Below are positions 1 to 10,391 of a stretch of 64,000 nucleotides of DNA, piece by piece. The stretch's first letter is position 1; every line of letters begins with the position of its first letter. The position numbers were made by a program, and so were the translations under genes. The notes beneath the pieces were generated by a model. It saw nothing but the letters and a program-made list of their open reading frames with translations. It had not been told where the DNA came from and searched no databases. Source of the stretch: Elusimicrobiota bacterium (GTDB lineage Bacteria > Elusimicrobiota > Elusimicrobia > F11). Location: NCBI GenBank assembly GCA_044221725.1, contig JBGAON010000002.1:512001-576000 (forward strand), read 5' to 3'.

Positions 1-904
1 GTTGACGGTAGCATCCGAAAACAACAGTCTCGTTATTACGGATTCGGAGGAAGGCATTCAGCAAGCCGAACGATTAATCGCGCAGCTCGATAGAAAGCCA
101 AAACAGGTGATGATTGAAGCGCGTATTGTCGAGATTAACTTGAACAATGGTTTTGACATGGGCGTTCAGTGGGAATATGCAAATCAGTCCATTGATACCA
201 ACGCAGCAGGAACCGTGATCAATGGAGTTAAAGAAATCGGCGGAATTACAGACGACGATGCTCTTTCGCGAATTCAACATTCGTTTGACGGAGGCACCAC
301 AAAATTTGGAGCGTTTACACCGCCGAACGGTACCGGCGTTGCGTTGCCTGGTCCTACCAGTGCCGCGATAACGTTTGGAATCGTAAAAGCGAACCGGATT
401 CTCGACGTCAGCTTGCAGGCCTTGGTAACACAAAGCAAAGCGAAAATTTTGTCCGCACCAAAAGTCGTAACGATCAATGGAGAGTCCGCCAAAATTCAGG
501 CGGTTCAAGATATTCGATTCAAGACATCGACGGTTTCGAACGGCGTTGTTTCCAGCGATTTTAAAACGGTGAGCGCCGGTATCATTCTTACGGTCACTCC
601 CACGATAAATGCCGAAGATCGCATTACTTTGAAAATTAACCCGGAATCAAGCTTCCCGACCCAAGAGAGCACGGATGCGGGTCCTATCATTCGTACGCGC
701 ACAGCCCAAACAACGGTTGTGATCCGCGATGGCGACACGCTGGTCATCGGCGGCCTCATCGACGATCAAGACACGAAAGGGGTGAACAAAGTTCCGTTGC
801 TCGGAGACATCCCAATTCTTGGCGCGTTCTTCCGCTCAACCACCACGAAAAAGATACGTAACGAGCTTCTCGTGTTCGTCACACCGCGAATCGTTCGAGA
901 ATAA
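1..904 (+). CDS. pilQ: Type IV pilus/type II secretion secretin (PilQ/GspD family), 5'-truncated by the window
   Basis: Secretin motifs QVMIEARIVE, KILSAPKV and GGLI...KVPLLGDIPILGAFF...ELLVFVTPRI. Confidence 0.85.
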   Translation, partial: LTVASENNSLVITDSEEGIQQAERLIAQLDRKPKQVMIEARIVEINLNNGFDMGVQWEYANQSIDTNAAGTVINGVKEIGGITDDDALSRIQHSFDGGTTKFGAFTPPNGTGVALPGPTSAAITFGIVKANRILDVSLQALVTQSKAKILSAPKVVTINGESAKIQAVQDIRFKTSTVSNGVVSSDFKTVSAGIILTVTPTINAEDRITLKINPESSFPTQESTDAGPIIRTRTAQTTVVIRDGDTLVIGGLIDDQDTKGVNKVPLLGDIPILGAFFRSTTTKKIRNELLVFVTPRIVRE

Positions 905-960
905 ATTCTCTTTCGTTGCTCTTCAATTCGGACGAATTTCTCAGCGGAAAACGACTGCTG

Positions 961-969
961 TGTTATAAT
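961..969 (+). promoter_or_regulatory. Extended -10 promoter element (TGnTATAAT) for the glycan cluster
   Basis: TGTTATAAT lies 11 nt upstream of the ATG at 981, with no Shine-Dalgarno sequence. Confidence 0.5.
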
Positions 970-980
970 CGCCCGCCTGC

Positions 981-1916
981 ATGAACCCACTAATATCCAT
1001 TATTATTCCGGTCTTTAACGAGCAAGGAAATATTGTTCCGCTGTTTCAATCGATCACAAAAGCGTGCTCGGCTATAAATTATGAGATTGTCGCCGTTGAT
1101 GATGGATCGAGCGACGATTCGGCGAACGAATTGCTCGCGATGGCGTCACAAAACTCCAAGATTAAGGTGGTTCGTTTGAAGCGAAATTTTGGACAAACGG
1201 CCGCATTGGCGGCCGGCATCGACCATTCGAAAGGAGATGTCATTGTTCCGTTGGACGCCGATGGCCAAAACGATCCCAAAGACATTCCGGCGTTAATCGA
1301 GAAACTGAACGACGGATTTGATGTCGTGTCCGGTTGGCGAAAAGATCGCAAAGACACTTTTCTCTCGCGGCGACTTCCGTCAATGATCGCAAATAAAATA
1401 ATTTCGTCAGTGACCGGTGTGCGTTTGCACGATTACGGTTGCTCATTGAAAGCGTACCGTCGCTCGAATATCGCAGGCATCCAATTGTACGGAGAAATGC
1501 ATCGATTCCTTCCAGCATGGTGTGTTTGGCAGGGGGGAAAGGTGGCAGAGATTCCGGTGGATCACCACCCGCGAACCGTGGGAAAATCAAAGTATGGAAT
1601 CATGCGAACGTTTAAGGTGCTCATTGATTTAATAACGTTGAAATTTTTTAGCGGCTACTTATCCAAGCCCAGCCATCTGTTTTCCGGAACCGGTCTTGTT
1701 TTTTCGTTTTTCAGCATTGGAAGTGCTGCGTTTGCGGTGATCGACAAGATTGGTCCCGACCGATTTCCCAAGTTTCGCATTCCGCTGTTGTTGCTGGCCG
1801 TGTTCTTCGGACTTGGTTCGATTTTTTTGGTGCTCATGGGGTTGCTGGCGGAACTGCTTGTTCGTCTCTATTTCCAAGTTCGCGATCAAAAGCCTTATCG
1901 CCTCGTGAATGAGTAA
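981..1916 (+). CDS. GT2 polyprenol-phosphate glycosyltransferase (ArnC/GtrB-like)
   Basis: IIIPVFNE, VDDGSSD, RNFGQTAA and DADGQ motifs, plus two C-terminal TM helices. Confidence 0.9.
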   Translation: MNPLISIIIPVFNEQGNIVPLFQSITKACSAINYEIVAVDDGSSDDSANELLAMASQNSKIKVVRLKRNFGQTAALAAGIDHSKGDVIVPLDADGQNDPKDIPALIEKLNDGFDVVSGWRKDRKDTFLSRRLPSMIANKIISSVTGVRLHDYGCSLKAYRRSNIAGIQLYGEMHRFLPAWCVWQGGKVAEIPVDHHPRTVGKSKYGIMRTFKVLIDLITLKFFSGYLSKPSHLFSGTGLVFSFFSIGSAAFAVIDKIGPDRFPKFRIPLLLLAVFFGLGSIFLVLMGLLAELLVRLYFQVRDQKPYRLVNE

Positions 1917-2874
1917 AATTTTCCGCATTTCCATCGGTCTTGTTATTAGTTTTGTTTTCCTCGCAATGGCCGCCCGCGGTTTTGATTTTGGCGTGCTCGT
2001 CACCGAATTGAGAAACGCCTCTTATATTTGGTTCCTTCCGGCCATCGCGATCTACGTTCTAAACATGACGCTCCGTTCGCTTCGTTGGCGCACGCTGCTT
2101 TCTCCTCAGAAACAGATCCCAATGAAAACCGTTATTCCTACCTTGATTGTTGGGTTCTTCATGAACGCAATTCTGCCGGCAAGGGCGGGGGAGTTTATTC
2201 GTGCGTTTTCGATGGCTCGGAAGACAAATTTGCCGTCCGGCTCGGTGTTGGGGTCGGTCGTGCTCGAACGGTTGACCGATTTTTGCGGACTTGCGTTAGT
2301 AATCGCCATCGCGTCCCGCCTGTTGCCGTGGGACAAGTTGCCGATCGTTCCCATTGTTTCGATTGTGGTTGCCGGTGTTATCGCTTGTTCCACAATGTTT
2401 TTTGTTCAGCGACGGCTAAAAAACAGAGCCTTATCCTCATCGTCCATACTCAACAAAATCCAAACTTTGTTTTTGCAAGTAACGTCCGGTTTCTCGGCAC
2501 TCCGATCCTTTTCGAAAGTGAGCCTGGTTATGCTTTTGTCATGGACCGTCTGGATAAATGAACTATTGATGCCCTTTTTTATTTCACGAGCCATGCATCT
2601 TAATTTAACCTTCTTTGAATCCGGCGGACTGCTGACCGGGCTTAGTTTCGGCGTTATGATACCGGCGGCGCCCGGATTTATCGGAACGTACGAGTTCTTC
2701 GGAAAGACCGTTCTCGAAATGCTGGGGAAACCCGGTTCCCAAGCGCTTGGCTATGTCGTGGTTTTGCATTTTTTCCACCTCTCCATGGTGACTTTGTTGG
2801 CGCTTTTTTGTTTCCTTTACGAATCCTCGTTTAGAAGTGAATCTGTTCCAAAGGGGGAACCGCAAACAACATGA
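1909..2874 (+). CDS. Lysylphosphatidylglycerol synthase TM / flippase-like membrane protein (UPF0104)
   Basis: Polytopic protein with RSLRW, N.ILPARAGE, ERLTD and P.APG.IG.YE motifs. Confidence 0.85.
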   Translation: MSKIFRISIGLVISFVFLAMAARGFDFGVLVTELRNASYIWFLPAIAIYVLNMTLRSLRWRTLLSPQKQIPMKTVIPTLIVGFFMNAILPARAGEFIRAFSMARKTNLPSGSVLGSVVLERLTDFCGLALVIAIASRLLPWDKLPIVPIVSIVVAGVIACSTMFFVQRRLKNRALSSSSILNKIQTLFLQVTSGFSALRSFSKVSLVMLLSWTVWINELLMPFFISRAMHLNLTFFESGGLLTGLSFGVMIPAAPGFIGTYEFFGKTVLEMLGKPGSQALGYVVVLHFFHLSMVTLLALFCFLYESSFRSESVPKGEPQTT

Positions 2875-3905
2875 AACTGGACAACTCGGTTGTCGCAGCT
2901 CTCGCCTTTCTTTCAGCTCTTGATGTTGCTTTGTTGGTCACACCTCTCGCTCGCTTCCTTGCGAAACGATTTAATATTTACGACGTTCCCCGCACAGCGG
3001 TAAAAACGCACAAAGAACCGGTTCCTTACCTTGGCGGGACTGCAATTTTCGTTGGATTTGCGTTATCGCTCGTGCTGATTCGCTTTCTCACGTCCTTTCC
3101 AACAGGAACATTGCGGTCGTTACGCGGAATTATGGCCGGTGGTACGATCGTGTTCGCTCTCGGAATATTCGATGACTTAAAAACCGATGGCCTTCATTAC
3201 CGCACAAAATTTTTCTTTCAGATCATTGCCGCGTGCATGGTGGCGCATTTTGGCGTGCGAATAAAATTCATCAATCCGCCTTGGTTCGCCTATGTGGTCA
3301 CCATTGTTTGGATTGTGGGCATCACGAACGCGTTTAATCTCATCGATATTATGGATGGGTTGGCGTCGGGTGTGGCGTTTATCGCAACGATGGCCTTTGT
3401 GTTCATTGCATTACCGACGGAAGAACTCTACGTAAACTTGGGGGCCGCCGCGCTCGGCGGCGCGGCGCTGGGTTTTATGCCTTACAATCTTTCGAAGCGG
3501 CTGCGAATATTTATGGGGGATGGTGGCAGTCTTTTCCTTGGTTTTGTGTGCAGCGCGCTCGCGCTGGGCACCTCATACGGACATCAGAACGAATGGGGAA
3601 TTTTGGCGCCGCTCATGATTTTGTGTCCCGCCATATACGACACCTTGCTCGTGTTTATCGCCCGAATTCGTCGAGGGGTTTCTCCGTTTATTGGATCCAA
3701 AGACCATTTCGCGCTTCGACTTGAAATTCTTGGCTGGAAACGTCCGAAAATTTTGGTTTATACCCTTGGAATGTCCGCATTCTTGAGTCTGGGCGCTTAC
3801 GCCGTAACGCGAGTCCCGTCCGGATTTGAGTTGGTCGTTTATTTTTTCACGATACTTCTGTTGTTGGCTCTCAGCGCCTATCTGTCCAAAGCCAAAGTTC
3901 AATGA
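2871..3905 (+). CDS. MraY/WecA/TagO-family polyprenyl-phosphate HexNAc-1-P transferase
   Basis: VPYLGG, GIFDD, NAFNLIDIMDGLA and IFMGDGGS motifs. Confidence 0.9.
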   Translation: MKLDNSVVAALAFLSALDVALLVTPLARFLAKRFNIYDVPRTAVKTHKEPVPYLGGTAIFVGFALSLVLIRFLTSFPTGTLRSLRGIMAGGTIVFALGIFDDLKTDGLHYRTKFFFQIIAACMVAHFGVRIKFINPPWFAYVVTIVWIVGITNAFNLIDIMDGLASGVAFIATMAFVFIALPTEELYVNLGAAALGGAALGFMPYNLSKRLRIFMGDGGSLFLGFVCSALALGTSYGHQNEWGILAPLMILCPAIYDTLLVFIARIRRGVSPFIGSKDHFALRLEILGWKRPKILVYTLGMSAFLSLGAYAVTRVPSGFELVVYFFTILLLLALSAYLSKAKVQ

Positions 3906-5200
3906 AACCGGTTCTCATCGTTGGCGGAGGCCTGGCCGGAGTCTCAACGGCCTATCATTTAAAGAACCGACCGATCGTTTTGGCCGAAAAGGAAAATGAA
4001 GTGGGTGGCACCGCCCGCTCTTACCATGTTGGGAAATTCACGTTTGACATCACGGGCCATTTGCTTCATCTGCACTCAGACTACACGAAGAAATTAATTC
4101 CAAAACTTCTTGCCAACAATTTTTTCACGTGTCAACGAAACGCGAAAGTATTCTCGAACGGCCGTGTGACAAAATTTCCATTTCAGGCCTACACAAACGG
4201 ACTGCCTTCTTCCGTTGTTGATGAATGCGTACTCGGTTTTTTTGACGCTTTTCTAACGAGCGCGCACAAAAAACCTTCCTCGGATCCCGATTTCCGCACG
4301 TGGTGCTTTGAAACATTTGGCAGCGGAATAGCCAAACATTTCATGATTCCTTACAACGAAAAGCTCTACCAAGTTCGTGCAACTGCTATGACCACCGATT
4401 GGTGCGGCCCGTTTGTTCCGATGCCGAAACTGAAGGACGTGGTTCGAGGGGCACTGGAGAACGAAGGAGACAATTTCGGTTACAACACCTCGTTCATTTA
4501 CCCAAAAAACGGCGGTATTCAAGTGTTGGCGCAGGCGCTGGCAAAACGGGTCGAGGGAATTCAGCTAAACACAACGGTCGATCGGATCAATCTGCGCGAG
4601 CGAACCGCAACTTTATCGAACGGTAAAACCGTTTCTTATTCGTCGCTGGTCAATACGATCCCCCTACCGGAATTGCTGAAAAAGATTTCGCCGCTACCAC
4701 GGTCAATTAAACAAGCGTCAAATCAGCTGCGATTCAGTTCCATCTGGTGCGTGAACATTGGCGTTCGACGCCCGCGTATTTCGGATGCTTCGTGGATTTA
4801 TTTCGCCGAAAAACACTTTCCTTTTTACCGGGTTGGATTTCCTATGAATTTTACGCCGCACGTGGTTCCCAAGGGATGCAGCTCCATGTACGTGGAAGTT
4901 CCGATGCGATCAAATCGCAACAAATCCAAACCCGAACTTCTCGCAGATATCCGGAAAGGACTTGTGCGCGCTGGAATTCTTAAGCCCTCCGACAAATTCG
5001 TGATTGTACAATTCATACCTGTGAAATACGCCTATGTGATCTACAATCGCGACCGCCGCGCTGCTCTCAAAAAAATATTTTCTTTCCTCAATAGAAATAG
5101 CATCCAAACAATTGGTCGTTATGGTGCTTGGAAATATTCGTTCATGGAAGAAGCGATACTTGATGGCAAGAAAGCTGCCGAAAAAATCTTAAATGGCTGA
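3902..5200 (+). CDS. FAD-dependent oxidoreductase, UDP-galactopyranose mutase/protoporphyrinogen oxidase-like
   Basis: GGGLAG Rossmann motif plus FDITGH, PYNEK, YPKNGG, PFYR and GRYGAWKY. Confidence 0.7.
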   Translation: MKPVLIVGGGLAGVSTAYHLKNRPIVLAEKENEVGGTARSYHVGKFTFDITGHLLHLHSDYTKKLIPKLLANNFFTCQRNAKVFSNGRVTKFPFQAYTNGLPSSVVDECVLGFFDAFLTSAHKKPSSDPDFRTWCFETFGSGIAKHFMIPYNEKLYQVRATAMTTDWCGPFVPMPKLKDVVRGALENEGDNFGYNTSFIYPKNGGIQVLAQALAKRVEGIQLNTTVDRINLRERTATLSNGKTVSYSSLVNTIPLPELLKKISPLPRSIKQASNQLRFSSIWCVNIGVRRPRISDASWIYFAEKHFPFYRVGFPMNFTPHVVPKGCSSMYVEVPMRSNRNKSKPELLADIRKGLVRAGILKPSDKFVIVQFIPVKYAYVIYNRDRRAALKKIFSFLNRNSIQTIGRYGAWKYSFMEEAILDGKKAAEKILNG

Positions 5201-6338
5201 CGGCCGAACAACCGTTGTTCATCTAATTACGCTGCTCGAGTTCGGCGGTGCCCAGGGCAACACGATCTATACCGTTGAACATCTGAATCCGAAAAAGTTC
5301 GATGTTTATCTCTGGAGCGGTCGCGGGGCGTACTGGGACAGATATGTTGAGCAAAATCCGGAACTAAAAAAGCGAACGAGATATTTCAAGAGTCTCGTCC
5401 GTCCAGTGAATCCCCTATGGGATTTCATCGCCGTTTTTTCGTTGTGGCGCGCGCTCGAGAAATTGAAACCCGCCATTCTTCACACGCATTCTTCCAAAGC
5501 CGGAATTGTCGGGCGAATAGCGGGTTGGCTCGCCGGCGTTCCCGTCATCATCCACACGTTTCACGGATTTGGGTTTAATGATGAGCAACGGGCCCTCACG
5601 CGTTGGTTTTTCGTTTGGCTCGAGAAAGCAATGGCGCCGCTCGCAACAAAATTAATTTTCGTTTCCGAAGCGAATCGCCGAACGGCGCAAGAGCTGAAAA
5701 TCGGCCGAGACGGCCAATACGAATTAATTCGAAGCGGCGTTCCGTTGACGGAAATTCGCCGGCACTCGAAAACAAAAAAATCTGATTATCGCGACCTTGG
5801 TCCGGAACAATCGCCTTGGATCGTAACGATAGGCGCGTTCAAACCACAAAAGAATTTGTCCGATTTTCTGATCGCGGCTAAAAAGATCCGCGAAAGCTTT
5901 CCGACGGCATTTTTTATCATGTTGGGCGACGGCGAACTTCGTTCGCAACTGGAAAGCGAAGTCGACAGCCTTGGCTTGAGCGGGCATATTGTCATGCCGG
6001 GTTGGCGGCAAGATGCCACGCGAATACTCGCGGCCTCCGATGTATTCGTGATGACATCGTTGTGGGAAGGACTTCCGCGAGCGTTGGTGGAAGCACTTGC
6101 CTTGGAGAAACCATCGGTTTGTTACGACACGGATGGTGTCCGGGATATTCTCGGCGCCGAAGATGGGAGCCTCGTTTCCCGACACGATACTTCTCGGCTC
6201 GCCGAAAAGGTGGTGTCACTTCTATCGAATAACGCGCTGTACGCAAAAGTTGCATCCCAAAGCGCGCAACGGATTGGTCGCGATTTCGATATCGACGAGA
6301 TGGTTATTCAACAGGAACGGCTCTATAATTCCCTTTAA
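5193..6338 (+). CDS. GT4 glycosyltransferase
   Basis: HTHSSKAG, HTFHG and SLWEGLPRALVEA (EX7E) motifs. Confidence 0.9.
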   Translation: MADGRTTVVHLITLLEFGGAQGNTIYTVEHLNPKKFDVYLWSGRGAYWDRYVEQNPELKKRTRYFKSLVRPVNPLWDFIAVFSLWRALEKLKPAILHTHSSKAGIVGRIAGWLAGVPVIIHTFHGFGFNDEQRALTRWFFVWLEKAMAPLATKLIFVSEANRRTAQELKIGRDGQYELIRSGVPLTEIRRHSKTKKSDYRDLGPEQSPWIVTIGAFKPQKNLSDFLIAAKKIRESFPTAFFIMLGDGELRSQLESEVDSLGLSGHIVMPGWRQDATRILAASDVFVMTSLWEGLPRALVEALALEKPSVCYDTDGVRDILGAEDGSLVSRHDTSRLAEKVVSLLSNNALYAKVASQSAQRIGRDFDIDEMVIQQERLYNSL

Positions 6339-6403
6339 TACCTCCCCGCTGTTGCAAAGATCCTTTTTTGTAGAATTAATTCGCGACCGGATGGAACTAA
6401 GAA

Positions 6404-8659
6404 ATGCGAAAAAAACTACTCCTAACCTTCCTCCCACTTGCCCTTATTCCATTAATAGGAGCAGGACTCCTCTCGTTTAGCCTCGCAAAAAAAGCTCTTA
6501 CCCAAAAAGCGTTTAATCATCTCGAATCGATTTCGTCTTTGCAGCAAAGCCGCATCGAAAGTTTTCATGATCGAAATCTTGAACGATTCGGTCTGTTGGT
6601 CGACCGTATTCTGCTGCGCGTTATTGTCGACCATTATTTACCATTCCCAACACAAACCGACCATCAACGCCTCAATGAACTTCTCAATCGAACGAAACAA
6701 TCGGCGCCAGACTTTAAGTCGATTTCTATTTTATCAGCCAGCGGCAAAGTTATTTCTTCGACGGATCCACGTCGAATAAATCGCGACTATTCATCGAATC
6801 CTTTCTTTCTCCGCGGCAGAAAGTCCAATGATTTTGATGCGATCGATTTGGATCAAAATGGGGAGTTTAATACGTACTTCATTGGGCCTTTGATTCAGGA
6901 TGGAACGCTCATCGGCGTGTTGCTCATCGAAGAAAATATGGATCAATTGTATCCGTGGATAAAAGATTTCTCCGGTCTCGGCCAGACCGGCGAGTCTTAT
7001 ATCGTTAAACCGTTGCCCCGCGGTGGAATTGTATATTTAACATCCTTGCGGTTTGATTCCTCGGCTGTAATGAAAACGAACGTCCGCCGCGAAGAGATAT
7101 CACCACTTTCCAATCCAGCCGACGCTTCATTCGATCACCCGACCTTTGGAATCGACTATCGCTCACAGCCCGTTATTTCACTGGCGCGTTTTCTGCACCG
7201 ACTAAATTGGGTTCTCGTTGTAAAAATCGATCAGCGCGAAGCGTTCCAGTCCGTCATGGAACTTCGAAATTGGTTTTTGTTGTTCTTTTTGTTCTCGGCA
7301 ATTTCAGTGACGGTGCTGGCGCATTTTCTTGCAAAATCGATTGTCGAACCGATGCGTCAGTTGACACGTATGGCAGAGGAGGTCCAAAGCGGTAAGCCCC
7401 CGATCACGGCTCCAATTTATTATCAGAAAAACGAATTGGGAGTGCTCGCAAAAGCTTTCATTAATTCGGCCGCAAATCTGTTGAGAATTAAAGAGGAACT
7501 GGAGTTGAAGGTGAGCGAGCGCATGGTCGAACTCAAACAATCGCGCTCGTTCCTGAATTCTGTCATTGAGAACATACCCAACATGATATTTGTGAAGGAC
7601 GCGGAGGATTTGCGCTTCGTGACGTTTAACAAAGCCGGCGAGGAATTGTTGGGACTCGAACGATCCTCGTTGATTGGAAAAAATGATTTTGATTTCTTCC
7701 CGAAGGAGGAGGCTGCATTTTTCGTAAAAAAAGATCGCGAAGTTCTCAACAACCGCCGCCTGGTGGACATTTCCGAGGAACCTATTCACACGAAAAAAGG
7801 CATTCGAATTCTTCACACAAAGAAAATCCCAATCATGGATGAAAACAATAGCCCAAAATATCTTTTGGGCATTTCCGAAGACATCACGGAACGAAAAAAA
7901 ACGGAAGAAACGTTGATTCAGAAACAGGCCGAACTGGCCCGTTCAAACGCGGAAAGAGAACAATTGGAACTATTTGCATCCGTGGCCGCCCACGATCTGC
8001 AGGAACCGTTGAAGAAAATCGTGGCTTTCGGCGACTTGCTTCGCATGGAGGCCGCCCAGTCACTGAGCAGCGAAGCCGCGGACTATCTCGAACGTATGAG
8101 GAGCGCGGCCCGACGTATGAGCGAGCTTATTTCGGACCTTTTAAAGTTTTCGCGCATGACGACACATCAGGATGTCTACGAGATCGTGAATGTCGAACAC
8201 CTTCTCACGGAACTGCTATCGGACCTTGAAATTCAGATCGCGGAGTCGCGGGCCGAGATCGAAATCGGTCAAATGCCCATTCTCAAAGTAAACCGTGTGC
8301 AGTTTCGAGAGGTTTTTCAGAATTTGATTAGCAACGCCATAAAGTTTCGACAAAAAACGCGGTCGCCCCAGATTCGTATCGCGAGCAAAATGGAAACCGA
8401 CGGCATTAATATTTTAGTTTCAGATAACGGAATTGGATTCGATGAAAAATTCTCAGAAAGAATCTTTCGGCCATTCGAACGCCTGCACAGACGAAGCGAA
8501 TACAAAGGGAGCGGCGTGGGATTGGCAATTTGTCAACGAATCATTGCCAATTATGGTGGGAGAATTTCCGTGAAGAGCATCATCGGCGACGGAACGACGT
8601 TTACGATTCATCTGCCCGGTGCTCTTTTGGCGAAAGAAAACGTGGTTGCTGCGAACTGA
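6404..8659 (+). CDS. Membrane sensor histidine kinase (Cache-HAMP-PAS-HisKA-HATPase)
   Basis: Two TM segments, PAS (LIGKNDFDFFP), H-box AAHDLQEPL, N-box NLISNAIKF, and G-boxes DNGIGF and GSGVGL. Confidence 0.9.
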   Translation: MRKKLLLTFLPLALIPLIGAGLLSFSLAKKALTQKAFNHLESISSLQQSRIESFHDRNLERFGLLVDRILLRVIVDHYLPFPTQTDHQRLNELLNRTKQSAPDFKSISILSASGKVISSTDPRRINRDYSSNPFFLRGRKSNDFDAIDLDQNGEFNTYFIGPLIQDGTLIGVLLIEENMDQLYPWIKDFSGLGQTGESYIVKPLPRGGIVYLTSLRFDSSAVMKTNVRREEISPLSNPADASFDHPTFGIDYRSQPVISLARFLHRLNWVLVVKIDQREAFQSVMELRNWFLLFFLFSAISVTVLAHFLAKSIVEPMRQLTRMAEEVQSGKPPITAPIYYQKNELGVLAKAFINSAANLLRIKEELELKVSERMVELKQSRSFLNSVIENIPNMIFVKDAEDLRFVTFNKAGEELLGLERSSLIGKNDFDFFPKEEAAFFVKKDREVLNNRRLVDISEEPIHTKKGIRILHTKKIPIMDENNSPKYLLGISEDITERKKTEETLIQKQAELARSNAEREQLELFASVAAHDLQEPLKKIVAFGDLLRMEAAQSLSSEAADYLERMRSAARRMSELISDLLKFSRMTTHQDVYEIVNVEHLLTELLSDLEIQIAESRAEIEIGQMPILKVNRVQFREVFQNLISNAIKFRQKTRSPQIRIASKMETDGINILVSDNGIGFDEKFSERIFRPFERLHRRSEYKGSGVGLAICQRIIANYGGRISVKSIIGDGTTFTIHLPGALLAKENVVAAN

Positions 8660-8660
8660 A

Positions 8661-10355
8661 ATGACACACGAACGTTTGCGAATTTTGTTGGTCGAGGACG
8701 ACGAAGAAGACGCGTTGCTGATCCGGAAGATGCTCGAGACAGCGGCGAACGGCTCGGTCGCACTCGAATGCATGACGGACATGCGCCAAGCAATTGAAAG
8801 ACTACCGCGCGGCGACATCGATCTTGTGCTACTCGATCTGTTTTTACCCGACAGCGATGGACTCCATACACTCCAAGATTTGCAGGCGAAAGCCCCGGAT
8901 GTTCCGATCATTGTAATCACCAATCTTGATGATCAATCGGCTGCCCTCGAAGCGGTTAATCATGGCGCGCAAGATTATCTCGTTAAAGGCGAGCTGAACG
9001 GTTCTTTCTTTCTTCGTACAATCCGGCATGCCATTGAACGGCAGCGTATTCGCATTCAGCTTAACGAAACGAACGCTCGTCTTGAACAGTTGGCTCTAAT
9101 TGATCCGCTTACAAACCTACTTAACCGGCGCGGCCTTCAACAGATTCTTTCGGGTCACTTTCAAAGATCGCGTATGGGCTCTGACACGCTCGCTTTGCTC
9201 GTCGATTTGGACGACTTCAAGCTCATAAACGACACGCTTGGCCACGCTGTTGGCGATGTCGTTCTGAAAGAGATCGCACAAAGAGTGAAATCCTCGCTGC
9301 GCGCAACCGATCACGCCGCGCGAATCGGGGGGGACGAGTTCCTCCTATTATTACCGGAGACGCGCATGGCGGAGGGAATCCGAGTCGCAGAAAAGGTGCG
9401 TTTGGCGATCGCTGGAAGCCCGATCGTGTTGTCGACAACGGCCAGTCCCGCGAAGGTGACCGCAAGCCTGGGACTCGTGGTTGTTAACCCTTCGATTTCA
9501 TCTATCGATGAGCTGTTGGTCGCCACGCACGCTGCCCTCGCGAAGAGCAAGCGCGCCGGTAAAAATCAGGTTTCGTATGAGATGAGAGAAACACGCGGTT
9601 TTGCACAACCCAATCTGCGCCTCATTCAAAGCCAGTTGTTGGAGACACCGTTTCGAACGTTGCAGCATTCGATTTACAACCTTTATGATGGAACTGTTGT
9701 GGGGTGTGAATTCCTAAGTCGCTCACTCGTTCATCACTTTGAGCAACCCGACGATTTTTTCCGCGTGAGTCTTGAAAACAACATTTTGACCTCCGTCGAT
9801 CACGAATGTTTCAAAACGTGCCTGAACGCATCGCAATCCATACCGGGGCATGTACGGCGCCATTTCAATTTATTTCCTTCGACGTTACTCGACATTCCGA
9901 CCGAACATTTGATTCAAGAAATAAAAGCGGTACAAAAAAACGCTACCCCGTGTTGCATCGAAATCAGCGAACAACAGATTATTGGGGACCCGTCTTATCT
10001 CGTTGGACCGGTCGAAGCGCTCAAAGAAGCCGGGATTTTGATTGCCGTGGATGATGTGGGGTTCGGTCGAAGTTGTTTCGAAAGCCTCATCCTACTCGAA
10101 CCGAATATCATCAAGATCGATAAAGGTTGCGTCACCAATGTCGCCAAAGACAAAGCGCGTGCCCGGTCGCTCAGCCGGATCCTTAACGTGGCCAAGGTTT
10201 TGGAAACAGAAGTTATCGCCGAAGGGATTGAATCCGAAGAGGATTTGAATGTGCTCAAGCAACTCGGCGTCACTTTTGGACAGGGTTTTTTCTTGGACAA
10301 GCCCTCGGTTCTGCCCGAACCGACTTCATCCCGCCGCCTACGGGTCATCCGTTAG
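8661..10355 (+). CDS. Response regulator with REC, GGDEF and EAL domains (c-di-GMP cyclase/phosphodiesterase)
   Basis: LLVEDD/LLDL/YLVK receiver domain; RATD I-site and GGDEF; EFLSR, DDVG, IKID and EGIE. ATG 8661 directly follows the kinase stop. Confidence 0.9.
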   Translation: MTHERLRILLVEDDEEDALLIRKMLETAANGSVALECMTDMRQAIERLPRGDIDLVLLDLFLPDSDGLHTLQDLQAKAPDVPIIVITNLDDQSAALEAVNHGAQDYLVKGELNGSFFLRTIRHAIERQRIRIQLNETNARLEQLALIDPLTNLLNRRGLQQILSGHFQRSRMGSDTLALLVDLDDFKLINDTLGHAVGDVVLKEIAQRVKSSLRATDHAARIGGDEFLLLLPETRMAEGIRVAEKVRLAIAGSPIVLSTTASPAKVTASLGLVVVNPSISSIDELLVATHAALAKSKRAGKNQVSYEMRETRGFAQPNLRLIQSQLLETPFRTLQHSIYNLYDGTVVGCEFLSRSLVHHFEQPDDFFRVSLENNILTSVDHECFKTCLNASQSIPGHVRRHFNLFPSTLLDIPTEHLIQEIKAVQKNATPCCIEISEQQIIGDPSYLVGPVEALKEAGILIAVDDVGFGRSCFESLILLEPNIIKIDKGCVTNVAKDKARARSLSRILNVAKVLETEVIAEGIESEEDLNVLKQLGVTFGQGFFLDKPSVLPEPTSSRRLRVIR

Positions 10356-10362
10356 GCCAAAG

Positions 10363-10391
10363 TAGACAATCGGCATCGAATACATTAAGAT
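10363..10391 (+). promoter_or_regulatory. Sigma70-like promoter of the yceD-rpmF-plsX-fab operon
   Basis: TAGACA-N17-TAAGAT. Confidence 0.5.
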
